Assembly: GCF_000143415.4 (NCBI RefSeq)
Contig: NW_003314429.1
Span: forward strand, 124,001-188,000
Direction: 5' to 3'
From: Selaginella moellendorffii
Taxonomy: Eukaryota; Plantae; Lycopodiophyta
Length of the DNA stretch: 64,000 nucleotides
A model generated the notes under the pieces. The model made no database searches. It had not been told where the DNA came from and was given only the letters and a program-made list of their open reading frames with translations. This document shows, one piece after another, positions 48,907 through 62,300 of the stretch. The translations under genes were made by a program, and so were the position numbers. The number at the start of each line of letters is the position of its first letter. Position 1 is the stretch's first letter.

Positions 48907-49170
48907 ATGGCTTCCTCTACTCAGCTTGTTCTTGCGTTCTTTGTCCTGGCAGCATGCCTTACGCACACTGCATCCGCAGAAACAGAAGTATGTAACAAGG
49001 GTACCACACTCTGTTGCAACGACATTGACGCTTCTGAAGGAATTCCTGTAGAGATTGACGCAGACATTCTCAAGTGCTTTAATGTTGTCGCTGTGAATCA
49101 GTGCTCCAACACTGTAGTCTGTTGCGAGGAGCAGAAAGCCGGGATCTTTGTTGGGTGTGTTGCTATATAG
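48907..49170 (+). CDS. Small secreted 8-Cys protein, class I hydrophobin-like (gene B, copy 2, intact)
   Basis: 87 aa. The signal peptide ends ...TASA, followed by C-X6-CC-X19-C-X8-C-X5-CC-X10-C-X3. TATTTAAA lies about 40 bp upstream. Confidence 0.85.
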   Translation: MASSTQLVLAFFVLAACLTHTASAETEVCNKGTTLCCNDIDASEGIPVEIDADILKCFNVVAVNQCSNTVVCCEEQKAGIFVGCVAI

Positions 49171-49263
49171 GCAAAAGCGGCAAGAAACAAAAGCATAAAA
49201 TCAATTTCTTTAAATAAATAAAGCTGTTTGTAATCAGGCAGAAAAAACACGATTTATAAACAT

Positions 49264-52158
49264 CTAAATACCCCCGCCGCCGCCGCCGCCGCCGGCCCCC
49301 CCGCCACCGCCACCACAACCACCGCCTCCACCACCTCCTCCTCCGCCACACCCACCACCTCCTCCTCCGCCACACCCACCACCACCGCCTCCGCCACCTC
49401 CTCCACAACCTCCTCCTCCCCCTCCGCCACCTCCTCCACAACCTCCTCCTCCCCCTCCGCCACCTCCTGCTCCACCACATCCCCCACCTCCGCTGATGCC
49501 ACACCCGCCTCCGCCACCACCACCTCCACCACCTCCGTCATACCAGCACTGGCCATCACCGCAAAAACAATCATCACCGCAAAAACAATCATCACCGCCA
49601 CCGTCCCCGTCCTCTCCGCCTCCGCCTCCGTCCTTGCGGCGATCAACTGTCACAGCACCTGGTCAAGCAGCAATGTTCTTAGAATTTGCGTGCAAAGAAA
49701 CTTGTTTCTCACCCCAATGATCTTCTTCTTCTTCTGAGACGATCACTCGTTTACTCGTCTTCGTCCACGAAGGAATGGCTTTGCCGAGCATATCCGACAC
49801 GGACATGCTTATGGTTGCCGATAAAAGAAGCACAAGCAGCACATCCTCATTGCGATCAATCTGAGACAAATCAAATCACAAAACTGGAAGTAAGTTTCGA
49901 TTAAAGTCTACCTGCATGCCACCAGATCGCCAGTTGAAAAGAGCTGTCGCCTTGCCTTGAGGAGCGTCTCTTGTGAATCTTACCATTGTCACAAACCACG
50001 CTTCCTGTCGCTCGGATGCACCAGGAACAGCAAATTCCAGGTGACGCCCCGAGAAGAGCATGATCTACAATCAAGTTTTCCAGAGAATCAGCCACTATAT
50101 CAGAGAATCTGTACCACTATATATGCAGACTAACTCACCGGACAGTCGTGGGATTTCATTTCAACGCGGAGCTGTGGTTTCATGTTCCAGTGCTTATCCT
50201 TGACATCTCTGCTAACAGTTAAAGTAGCCTTCCCGTTCATTAGAGACCATCTCCTAGACACTGAAGATGGTTTCTCTAGTTGCCACGCAGATCCTAGAAT
50301 TTCACCTGAGAAAACAAAGCAACACTATAAATCTTTTGCAAAACATGTCCAGAAGATGCTCATACCATTTACGGAGCCAGTGTTGTAAGAACCGTCGTAT
50401 GTCCACCCTCCTTTGTGAACATGGATAACTTTATCGGTGTCGAGAATGCTCCTTAGCAAAAGCCCCCCACCCTTGTATCTAAAGCAAAAGTTGCCACATT
50501 AGTTCTAGAAAAAGTGGCTCAATTTGCAAACCTGCAACGGTGTGGTCGAAAACATTCCTTGTTATCCACATGCCTTCTCTGTGACTGTGGAGGCTGTGAG
50601 TGGCACAGTCGTCTCCCGTGTCTCTCACTCTCACGCTTCTGAAGAGATAAGGCGCAGTGACTGGAGGAGTAACGGAGATGTAAACCAGCACCGACACTTC
50701 TCGGTCCTTCTTTGTCTCCAGCAATGGAAACCAGCCGCTGAGTGATTGCGTTTCCGAGCGGATGACAGTTTTCCATGGAATCAGGAGCAGGCCCACGGTT
50801 TTGGATATCAAAAAGCGCTTCTGTCGAACTGCGAGCACCAGCCCTTCGGTGGAGAGTTCAGCTGTTATGGTTGAGACTACGCTCAGATGAGAGGAAGCCT
50901 TCCCTCGTTGGCTCTCGAGATTCAGATACTTTTGATGGTTTAACGAGCTTATCACGTAGTAGATGGTCCTATCGTCTGGCAAACCTCTGGTACCTCTTAC
51001 GGAGAGATGAACCTGCATAAATCGAATAGAATCGGATCAGACGAGATTGACAATAAGACTGCGAACTCCAATACCTGAATGGTCTTTCGCTCAGCCAAGT
51101 CATAATCGTTTTTACTAGCGAGCCTGGCGAGCTTGGCTGGATCATAAGCACGTGTTCCGGGAATGGATGCTGGTGGCTCCCCTCTATACATGCACCCTGC
51201 TTTCTCGTATGGAAGGCCATACGTGTCTTCCCACATAGATCGAGTCTTTGTGAATCCATTGTCCAGTTTTCCTCCGGAATCTCGGTTGCTATCTGTGTCG
51301 TCATGCTCGAAGATCCTTCCCAGTACCTGTGTGAGATCGTTGTGGTAGCTCACAGGGTGAAGCTGATGTGTATGCCATATTAAATCGATGTCGTAAGTGG
51401 GAACGAAAAATGTTGATGTGCCAGACGTGCGTACGAGATGGAGAAACGCCTTGTAACGTGCAACAGCAGCTACCAAGAAGCTCTCGTCCAGGTAATGCGG
51501 CTCAGAAACCTGCGTACTCAAAGTTAATTTGCTTCCAAGGAAAGATCATCACTTGCCTGATAGTAGAAACTTTTCTGCCTGAGAGCTGCTTCTGCCAAGT
51601 CATAAAAGATATTGGTTGGTCTTTCGGTATATCGCGTAAATGTCAAGAGTGTATGGTTCGTCTGGAAAATTCGAAGCCCATGTACTGGCGCTTTGTTGGA
51701 GATCATTTGTGTGCCTCGCCAAAGAAGGTCCGTCCACAATTTTACCGAACAATCTCTTACAGTCGTCAGCATATTGAACCTAGTCAGACACGTAACTTTA
51801 GTAGATTGAAGTGGACAGATAATGAATAGCCACACTCACAGGATTCAAGCGATGGCAATGCCATATCCAGCCGCAGTCGAGTGGCGGGACAAAAGTCCCA
51901 GAAGAATTTGCTAGCAGCGGAAGGCAGCAGTACTGGTACCTAGAATCCAAGAAGAAATCAGCAAACTAGATCAAACAAGTAAATATCTCACCTCTCAATT
52001 GCCCTTTCCAGAACAGGCCTCTCAAACAGCTTGAAATTGGCATGTACCAGCGAAAGGAACTCCAACTGTGATTTTGCAGCTGCTACCACATCCAGAGAGA
52101 GCGTAATTTCTTGAGCCTTGAGCCAATCATTCACTTGATTCACGGAAAGCGAAGCCAT
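49264..52158 (-). pseudogene. GRDP/DUF1399 gene, copy 2, with frameshifting deletions
   Basis: Exonic deletions of 17 nt (about 51635) and 22 nt (about 50540) relative to copy 1. Confidence 0.85.
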
Positions 52159-52527
52159 TGTTGTAGTCTGTGAGTCGAGCACATTGCTTGGTCTGCTTAA
52201 ATAAGCGGGAAGAAGCTGCCTGCTTTGACTCTTCGAAGGATGCGTAGAGAGTTCGGAAATTCGATGTGTCTTAGAGCTTTTGGATGTTCAGGCTAGTTGA
52301 CGGCGACGGCCAATGATCTCGCAATCCGGCTCGTAGAGAGTTTCAAGGTCAGTGTGTATCATTGACTGGCGTGGCAGGATCGTCGAACTTGCTTTTTTCG
52401 TCAAGTCGTCTTTACCAAGACTTTTTTTGTTACTGTGTCAAAGGACGTGCGTTCACGTTAGCCTGAAACAAAACATAAAAAAAAAAATAAAAAAAAAAAA
52501 CCAGCAGGAGAAGTTTCGACTGTACTT

Positions 52528-53365
52528 TCAAGGGAAATCCACGTCCTTTTGGGCCAAGAGAAGCTCAAAACGAGGAACGAGAAGTTCTCTTCCATGTCCT
52601 TTAACACTCGCTACTTCGTGCCTGGGTTGAAAATAAAAACGGCACAAAATTAGAGAGACTGTCCTCAGCGAAGATCTTTCCTTCCCATGGAGGATGGATG
52701 GATACAACACATCCGACCTGTACATCGGGAGAAAGGCTGTCGAAAATAGCGGTGACAGCTTCGAAGGTCTCCAAAACCTCGCACTTTGTGGATGTGAGAT
52801 GTGCCTCAGGCGACGATTTCTCGAGCACTCGTACAGTGAGAGAACCATCTAAAGCAAGGAACCATGATCATGTCGAAGAGAACAAAACAGGGAAAGACAT
52901 ACCAGCTGGTTTCATGTCTGAGCTCAAGTGATTGTGGCGCCCTCCCAGTTGTGCCAAGAGTGCTTCAAACCTTTACGAATCAAAGAAACGTCAGATGTTA
53001 AGGACGGCATGGAAGAGCCACTGACTTAAACTTTGACGAGGTTTCTGCCGGAAGATCACCGCCGTCGCTGCTAAACTCTTGAAGCTCTTGCACAGAAAGC
53101 TTGGTCAAGGATGCATCCTAGAAAAACAATCAATGAGAGGAGAAGAAAGAGAAGGGCCAGGCTATGTCTCGTTACCTCGGACGTGGTATCACTATCGATC
53201 GGATCAAGGCTAGAATCCACCCTGGAAGAGAATGATCGCTAGAAATGAAGAATAGAATCACTGGAAATGCAGCTACCTCGTGCTTGCCTTGCGCCCAACA
53301 TCGTCGTCGTCGTCGGCATCTGAGATTCCATCCTCCAGCTCCAGTGGCCGTCGCGGGCGCTTCAT
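52528..53365 (-). CDS. Unknown multi-exon gene, copy 2
   Basis: ATG at 53365 (MKRPRRPLELEDGISDADDDDD...). Short introns join in frame to ...SIHPPW. The last donor site is non-canonical. Confidence 0.42.
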
Positions 53366-55734
53366 GCCCCGGGTTTAAACGAGAATATGGCGTGGCTGCT
53401 GTTTAAGTAGTTCTGACATATCATGAACCGTTGGATGAATTCTAGCACATAGACTTTTATAGGTCGGCATGTTGTCTTTGTTCAGGTACACAGAAAGCAT
53501 CAGCTCGTAGATGAGATGACACAGTTTGCGACGATTTTTCCTTGGTTTGAATGGATGTCAGGACAATCTTGGTGACCACAACCATGGCAGGCCAAAAGCC
53601 ATTTGACCTACATTCCCAGGAAGGGAAATGAAGGGATTGTAATGGTTAAATATATATGAACATTCCCCAATGTCCCATAGGGATTGTTAGTGTTGTCATC
53701 GGGAAACTAATCTAATGATGCATACCTATTGCAGCCAACCACAACAAAAACATCAAGAGTGCAAACACCACTGCCCTCAACCTCCAGCCAAAGCTGACCA
53801 TATGTAGGTGATGTACTAGCCTTGGGGATATCCTTGCTGTGATGCTTTATTTCTTGATCATGGAATTCTTGTATAAGTTCCTCCCTCCAAAATCTATTTG
53901 TCCTTATGAGAAATTGTTAATCCCTGTTGAAGCATAGTCACTACCGTGACTTGTGAAAGCAAGGAGTATATAAGTATTGTATCCCTATACATGTGTGTGT
54001 CTACTGTATATTCTGTCCCAACATGGTCTTAGAGGATTAAGGGCAATTTGTAAGTGATGGGAAAGTATAGTGGATTTGAGGGATTTTTGTCTAATTGTTG
54101 AGAGGAAGCTGAAAAAGAAGAAGGTTCTTGGGTTACTCACTTGAAAGGAGCAGCCACCATCAAGGCTAAATGAAATAGATCATGGTTTAAGTAGGCTAAA
54201 TTGCCAAGTCATCCTAGACATATTCAAGCATCATTAGTCTTTGGAGGAATGGCCATATAACCAATAAGCTTACTAGACTATACAAATTTATAATTCTATA
54301 TAGACTTTGAATTTAGCGAGTGTAACACATGTTTAATCCCATTACAGATAGCCAAGGGTATCCATGACATACTAGTTTGTTATGTTAATGTTGAGAAGGA
54401 AGCCTCTCAACAGCGGGAAAAACACTCTATCATACTCTAAAATCCAACTCTCTATTGTTTGAATATTCTAAGGGTATGGGCACAGGGGTATATTCCCCAT
54501 TTTTTAGGGCAGAGAGTTCACAAAGAGATATTTTTATATTTTAGAGAATCTTGCTCAACTCTAACCATCTAAAGAATGTGTTAACTCTGTTGCAGAGAAC
54601 ACAAGGCCTAAGTATTGGTGTAGACTCCAATATGATGCCTTGTGTTGACAACTGTTGTGAGGAAAAAAGACTAAAGAAAAACAAAGAAAAGAGAAGATGA
54701 AGAAAAAAGAAAGTGTAGAGTTCTAGAGTTAAAAGGAAACCATATGGGAGAAGTTGACAAAAGAACTAGATACTAAAACAAAAAGAGATAAAATGGAGAA
54801 AAAACAAGTGAAAATAAGAGAAAACCTCTAAAAAAAACCTTAAACCTCTAAAAAAAACAGCATGGAAGAACAGAGTCATCAAGGATGCATCCTAGAAAAA
54901 GACCTCATTACCTCGCACTCGATTTTGTTACGGTTTAAGGTTTATTGGCAATCACTAGAATTCATGGTCGATGAAGTGAGTGACAAGCGTGGCCGCTGTG
55001 CTGTTGTTTGTACCAACATTCTCCTACTCACTTACAAGCACAGGAGCCATAAATCTTGGGATGTTGGCCAGGTTTTTAGCCTTCCAAACATTATTCTTTT
55101 ATTGTATTTATGTTTTCGAAACATGAGAAAGTATAAATCAGCAGAGAAGGTTTGGATTTCGAGTCATGAGATGGTAGGCTTATCCCAGCCGAAAACTTCC
55201 GGGTAGTGGTTGCCTATATATATCTGATGCAAGTAAAAGTTTTTTTGAGTCTTCTTAGACAAACATATCTTTCTTTTTTAGCTTAGACTTTATTCTACTA
55301 AGGTTGAGTGGGGATTACAAATTCGAGTGGTTTCCAAAAACACAGGCAATGGGAAATTGCTACAGCAAATAGCGACATACTATATTATTGGTTAATCTAA
55401 CTGGTGAATTATCTCTTTTAGCCTTTTTCTTTCCCAGCAGTATCAAGGAGGGTATTTGTAGTGCATGTAATTATGGGATGAAATTTGGATATACTGTCAC
55501 CATGGATCCTTAGAACCTTGAGGGATAAATAGGGATAAAATAGGCACTAAGGGCTCTCTCATCAAGCAATCATCCCTTTTTCAGTTGGCTTAAGGGGAGA
55601 GAGATAAAGTGCATTACATGTGGTATCAAAGCAAATGGCATAGGTTCAATTCCCATTGATTAGTGGCTATTTATATTGATTAGTGGCTATTTAAAAGTAT
55701 AATATACCCTTGAGCAAGGTATTCCTACCTGAAA

Positions 55735-56364
55735 TCATATGTATTGAGCATCCATGCGTATGTCTTTCTTCACATCCACCGTATGACTACCACATACGGG
55801 TGTTTCCTCACATGGAATAGTTTGTCTACACAATCGAAAGATTGGTAGATTGGATTGGATTGGAGGTGTTGGTTCCCCTTGGCTCAATAGGGGTTGTGAA
55901 GTATCCATGGACGAAAGTATCCACTCTGTGACTACCACACACGGGTGTTTCCTCACATGGACAAACTACAATCGAAAGATTGGTAGATTGGATTGGATTG
56001 GAGGTGTTGGTTCCCCTTGGCTCAATAGGGGTTGTGAAGTATCCATGGACGAAAGTATCCACTCTGTGACTACCACACACGGGTGTTTCCTCACATGGAA
56101 TAGTTTGTCTACACAATGGAAAGATTGGTAGATTGGATTGGATTGAAGGTGCTGGTTCCCCTTGGCTCAATAGGGGTTGTGAAGTATCTATGGACAAAAG
56201 TATCCACTGTGTGACTACCACACACGGGTGTTACTTCACATGGAATAGCTTGTCTACACAATGGAAAGATTGGTAGATTGGAAAGATTGGTAGATTGGAT
56301 TGAATTGGAGGTGTTAATTCCCCTTGGCTCAATAGGAGTTGTTAATCAAAAGTTACCAAGATAC
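55735..56364. repeat. Degenerate modular tandem repeat, copy 2
   Basis: Same modules as 26750-27690, with units of about 120 bp. Confidence 0.85.
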
Positions 56365-59300
56365 TGTAAGCGACTAAATTTTCCATTCTACTTTAGTCAC
56401 TTAACCACACCTCCGACCACTTGGAGGAGTCTCATTCACAACCTCCATAAGTCCAATCCAGGACTTGGGACTTGCTAGCCCCGAGAATGGCATCCATGCC
56501 ACTCAACATTTGCACTTGGTCCAAGTGCTCCACGTGTCCGATCCCATGACCGACACTCAAAGGTACCACCGACATGCCAGCCCGTTACGCTAAGGCCATG
56601 CCCAATCACCTTTGCCACACTGGTAGTCCATTACCACTTGCATCACAGTCTTGGCTCTCCAAGACTAGGCAAACCATCCGTGAGTGGTCATCTGAGATCC
56701 ACTCCTTAGCACCCTTAGGATGCCCACCGACAAGGGGAATAGCCTTCCCCAATATCCCTCTGTCAGTCCCCACTAAGTCCCTTTCTGCCCCTGGCCGTGT
56801 TTGCCAATACTGCCACTTGATCGAGACCCACAGGCCCGACCACTAAGTCCCACGGTCCTCTGGGACTTCCTCACCACACGACTGTGTCCTTGGTCACTAC
56901 CCCAGAGGACTGCTCCTCTTCCTTTCCACAGTCTGGGCCTTTGGGGCAACATTTCGGAACACCGTGGCCTTACACGAGTCACCTGGGTACTCTCCTCGCC
57001 TTCTGCCCTTAGGTGCTCTAGCCATGGGCTTAGAGCGAGGTTCCGTTGAGCCACGCCTGGTATCCAAGTAGGTAGTGCCACCCACACTTGGACTGGGAGC
57101 ATCAGCCAGTCGATCTCCCGGGGGAACTAGAGCTGGCTCTTGAACACTTCACTAAGCTACCCCGCTTGTTGGTCCGTGTTCACTCTAGTCTTGGACTTCC
57201 CAATGGGCAGCTCATCACCCAACACTGGGTCCGGCCTTCCTGAGCCAAACTGGCCTTTCCTGGCCAAACTGGCTCCACTGCAGTCCTCCCCCTACTATAC
57301 TTTTGGAGCTCACCAAACCCCCCAGGGTCTGGGAGACGAACGCTTTGGGCTTTCACCCTCTCAGGCTCCGGACTCGGACTCGGACTCGGACTCGAACTCG
57401 GACTCGGACTCGGACTCGGACTCGGGCTCGGACTCGGTCTCGGCCTCGGCCTCGGTCTCGGTCTCGGTCTCGGTCCCGATCTCGGTCTCGGTCTCGGTCT
57501 CAGTCTCGGTCCCGGTCTCGGTCTCGGTCCCGGTCTCGGTCTCGACTTCGGACTCCATCTCGGACTCCATCTCGGACTCCATCTCAGACTCCATCTCGGA
57601 CTCCATTTCGGGTCCATCTCGGGTCCACCTCGGACTCCATCTTGGACTCCATCTCGGACTCCATCTCGGGTCCATCTCGGACTCCACTTCGGACTCCAAC
57701 TCGGGTCCATCTCGGGTCCACCTCGGACTCCACTTCGGACTCCTTCTCGGACTCCATCTCGGGTCCATCTCAGACTCCACTTCGGACTCCAACTCGGGTC
57801 CATCTCGGACTCCACTTCGGACTCCAACTCGGGTCCATCTCGGACTCCACTTCGGACTCCAACTCGGGTCCATCTCGGACTCCACCTCGGACTCCATCTC
57901 GGACTCCATCTCGGACTCCATCTCGGACTCCCACGTGTCATGTGTTGGCCCTTTTGGGTCCCTTTTTGGAGCCTCGCCTTTTGCTCGCTTCGTGCTTGTT
58001 CCTCGAGCCCTTCGTTAGGAGTTCCACTCCCGCTCTCGACCTTTCAAGGCGGAGCTTTTGGCCCAAACGTGTTACACTCGTTTGGCTTTCGCTTCAGCCG
58101 CTACCACGTGGCACCCTTCCGGCTCCACTTTGGGGCATAGGGATTCTGTGTCTCACAACTCCACCACCCATAGACGAAGTTCGATGTCCTCATCGAACGG
58201 TAAACCATTTTGTAAAGTAACACTCGCATGTGTTACCATTTCCATCCTTGACACCTAGCCAAGGTGTCAAACCATGCCTTCTCCATATTCGTCAATGGTT
58301 TGACATTGAAGGCTCACCATGCCTTTTGCATATGCCTCCATGGTTTGACACCAAAGGCTCACCATGCCTTGCCTATCCTCTAAGGAGGGTAGTCTCTCCA
58401 ACTTAGAGACTGATTGGACCACATGTAGTGGTTCTCTCCTTTTATTGGTTTAGTTCTCGCTAAATCTCTTAGAGACCCTTCTCTAAGTCAATCCCACTAC
58501 TCCTTCTCGAGTAGTCTCAATTTCCATCTATGGAACGTTTGCACCTTGGAACTTTTACTATTTGCCTTCTGGAAGTCAATTTCCTAGGTGTCTCCAACAC
58601 CTTGCATTGCACTTTTTGTGCAACTCCACTTCCCCATCTTAGGAAGTTCTTTACTTGAGGGCACCATCATCCTCTCTTCTATTTCGTGCCACCTTGGGCA
58701 CTAAGTTCCATTTATCATACTTTCTGCTAGGGCTGTCCATGGCCCTATCATTTGGCTACCTTACCGCTCCCTCCCTTGGAGCTTCCACTTTCGCCAAATC
58801 AGAGCAATTTGGAATCCATCCTTGGAAACACACTTCCTTTCCCGCAATTTGTTAGCGTCCAACACATTAGTGTTCCTCGCCTAACTTTGCCACTTGGATT
58901 CCTTCCAAGGGATTCCACGGCCCTATCTTGGCCACTCATTTTTTGCTCCTATCCGTTGATTGTTGCACCAAGCAACACCGAATCTCTACCTCCCTCCTTG
59001 AGGTATTCTTTTGATTCCATAGCAAAGGCTCTGCTTTGCCAATACTAGGGTGTTCACCCCTAGTAAGTCTCTTTAGCATCTTCTGCTGTGGGCTTTATCC
59101 ACGGCCCAACTTTGTGACCCTCCTATGGGTCTCTTTAGAGACTACTTTCCTTGGACACACTATGCCATCGCAATGACATAGCTCATTTCCCTAAGGTGCT
59201 TTACCCACTTGGTCACCTTGACCAAGCCACACCATCATCAATAGTTCAAATTAACACTTTGAACTAAGAACCTTATTCCTTAGCCCAAACAAGGACCTTG

Positions 59301-62300
59301 TCCTTATTTAGCCACAAGATTACCTAGTGATCTCACCTTGGCACCTTAATAGGTTTGCCAATAGGTACTAGGTCTTCAAGACCTTTAACTTGTTAACTAC
59401 GACCCCGAGGGCATCCCCCACACTTGGCGGTGCGCCCAAGCCAGCCCTTCCGGCCAAGGGTCCATAGCAACTGAGACTGGGTGTCCCCATCTCATTCACC
59501 ACGTCCTTGGTGCCACTTGCACCAAAGTGTTCAAGTTAGATATGCTGAGCCACACTAAGCAATCTAACCATGCATCACGACTCCGAGGCATCCCTCGCTT
59601 GGCGGTGTGCCCAAACCAGTCTCCCCATTGAGAGTCCATGACCACCGAAATATGAGTGTCCCCATATTCCAAACCATCACCACGCCCTAGTGATTTGGAA
59701 CTCGAACCCAAGCACTAGAGGGTCGGGACTCGAACCCAACCTCTGTATATGCATCTACGGACGGCATCACACTAGATGCCTGGCGTGACTCCCCACGCCG
59801 GTGCACCAACCTATCTTTAAAGCGCGCTACAGATCACAGCTTAGGAACCTAGTTCCTCCACACTACCAAGTCCTCTCACTTGACATGTCTGTGATCATGC
59901 ATGGACTCCTCCATGCTCGGCCCCATGGCCCACCCTTTTTGAAGTTATCACATTCAACTAGGGTCTTTGTTCCCCCGACGTGCCAATCTCACTTGGCAAG
60001 TCCTCCGACCATTGTAACATGGTTCCTGCATAAGCGTGAAAGTCCTTGACCATCGACTTTCGTTCAAAGCCCTCTCTTTGAACACTCGGGAACTACTTCC
60101 CTAACCTTGATAACCTTGCCTCATGGCAAACTTCAAGACCACGCTTCTGCTGCACCACTTTGATTTCGCGCGTTCCATGAACCATTTACACTTGGCCTTT
60201 TTAGGTACTACGCTACCTAGAATCGTCTTTGGGAACCTTGAAGGAACTCTGTCCCTCAGCTTGCTAAGGCCTCCCCTTTCGCAAGCTTTATAGTTGTCAT
60301 ATAGTCTAACATGGACAATTCCATATTTTAGACTCTCCATGGCATCACAGTTGCTAGCAACAACATCCTCGAGCACCCTCTTGATTCTCCACTCCCAACT
60401 TTCATAACCACTGTTGGATATGCCCTTTGATTTCTATGGTTCTGTTCCATCCCAATACTACTTACCTTTGGCTTCACACCTTTCCTTCGGTCATTCTCCT
60501 CCAGACCAGGAGGATAGCTTTGCACTTTCTATCATGCCTTAGCAAGTATTCTTAGGGATGAACCTACCCAATAGCCCAGGGAGTGGTTCCTCAATCCGGG
60601 TATGCTCACCTTATAATCCCACACACTAGGATTACATTGTTGCTTATGGGCCTTTACATGCCCATCACTAGCCTTGCCAAAATTCCATTTTTGGCTTTGT
60701 CCAACTGGGGTAGACAGTCCTCTCCTGTCTCCGCAACCTTGGACATTTGGATAGCACCTTCTATCCATCATTCGCTAGGGACTTAGTCCCTTGGGCTTTA
60801 TCCATTGCCCTCGCGACATCAAACACCACCTTCTGGTGTTCTAGAGTGTTCGGGTGTCCCCAAAAATGGCTTTCTTGACAATGAGTATTTCCTTTTATGA
60901 CATTGACTTACTATATCGCAACATAAGCAACTTATCCCCCGTAAGGGTATATCCGACTTCCCTATGCTAGAAGTCTTGGGTAGCTACCTTCTACCCGTTT
61001 AACCAATTATTTTGCACCTCTTGCTTAGTTGCCTCATAGTTGTCAAGTCCTACAACTCATTGCTTGGTGCTTGCACACCTCCATCATTATCTGGGTCACC
61101 GCACTCCAACTGCATGCTCTGCCGCTTAGGCTATGCCATTCCCATTTCCATTGGGATTCCTTTGGCAAGGGGTTCTCATGAACCCACCAACATAGCCTCA
61201 AGGTATCACACCTAAGCACATTTGGTGTCTCCACACCATCGGCTCCACAAGCCTACCTCTATGACACTTCCCCTTTGTGTCTAAGTCTTTGCCAAGACCA
61301 ACACCGCTCTTTCTCATGCCAACCATCCGTTAGCACTACACCATAGAGGTCACACACAACTTTGTGTCAAAGTTGTTTTCTTCTGGGAACACCTTTCCCA
61401 TAACTTTAGCATGGCACATTTTGCCATCGATGAGATACTCTCTGTTCTCATCCTTAGATCCTATGATCCCCCCCCATCCTTTGTGGGGTACAACGCACCT
61501 CAGTCCAAATGCTTCCATCAGTCCTTTTAGGACCATCCCTTGACTCTACTTGAGTCGTCTAGCAGTTTTGGACTTGGTTAATCCACAGACCCGTAAGGTC
61601 CTACTTGTGAGGCACTAGCTCACTGGAATACACTTCTTGCATTCCTATCCTACTCAAAAGGACTATTTTCACAAGTGTTACTCCGACACTTGATTTTGTT
61701 CTCTGGGGGCAACCTTTGCCCCTTAGGACTACTTGTCCATGTGATGAGAATACCAACTCATCCACTTAATACACCCCTAACTCCTTGGGTTCTTCTAGCA
61801 TTTATTAGAGGTAGCCCCGGCTACCATTTCGAGGACTCGTGTCCTCATCCATACTTGACCTCTCACGGTCATCCATTCCGGTCTCATCTTCATGAGCACC
61901 AGCCTCAACCATGTGAGGATAAACTTGTGACTCCTTTATTGTTTTTGGAGTCTCTATCTTCCCCGTGATCCCAACTATAGTTGTTTACCCCAACTACATT
62001 AGCCCGTTTGCTGAGTCAAACGCTCATCCGGATCACCTCCTCAACTCAATGAGGAAAACCTTGCACTGTTCCCAAGATCCCAAAGTCGTTCCATTATTGG
62101 CCCCTTTTTTATCCACCACCTTGTCTACAAGTTCACACATGAACTGTAATGGAGAGCCATGTCTTCCCGACCTGCTACTCCTCAAAGATAGGCCCACTTC
62201 TCGGACCTTCCGTTGCCAACACTAGTGGTGATATATTTGAGCACCAATAAAAGTCGGACTAAGGAATAGCTCCAATACCAAATTGTAAGCGACTAAATTT

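Larger units (their letters stand above)
34221..56364 (+). repeat. Copy 2 of the tandem segmental duplication
   Basis: Collinear with about 6989-27150 apart from mobile-element indels. It is interrupted at 56365 by an LTR element. Confidence 0.93.

Noticed and set aside
57140-58220. SD/RS/SPRW-repeat ORFs resembling adhesins or SR proteins (also 63059-63901)
   Set aside because: They arise from hexamer/dodecamer repeats inside the LTRs, which are open in most frames.
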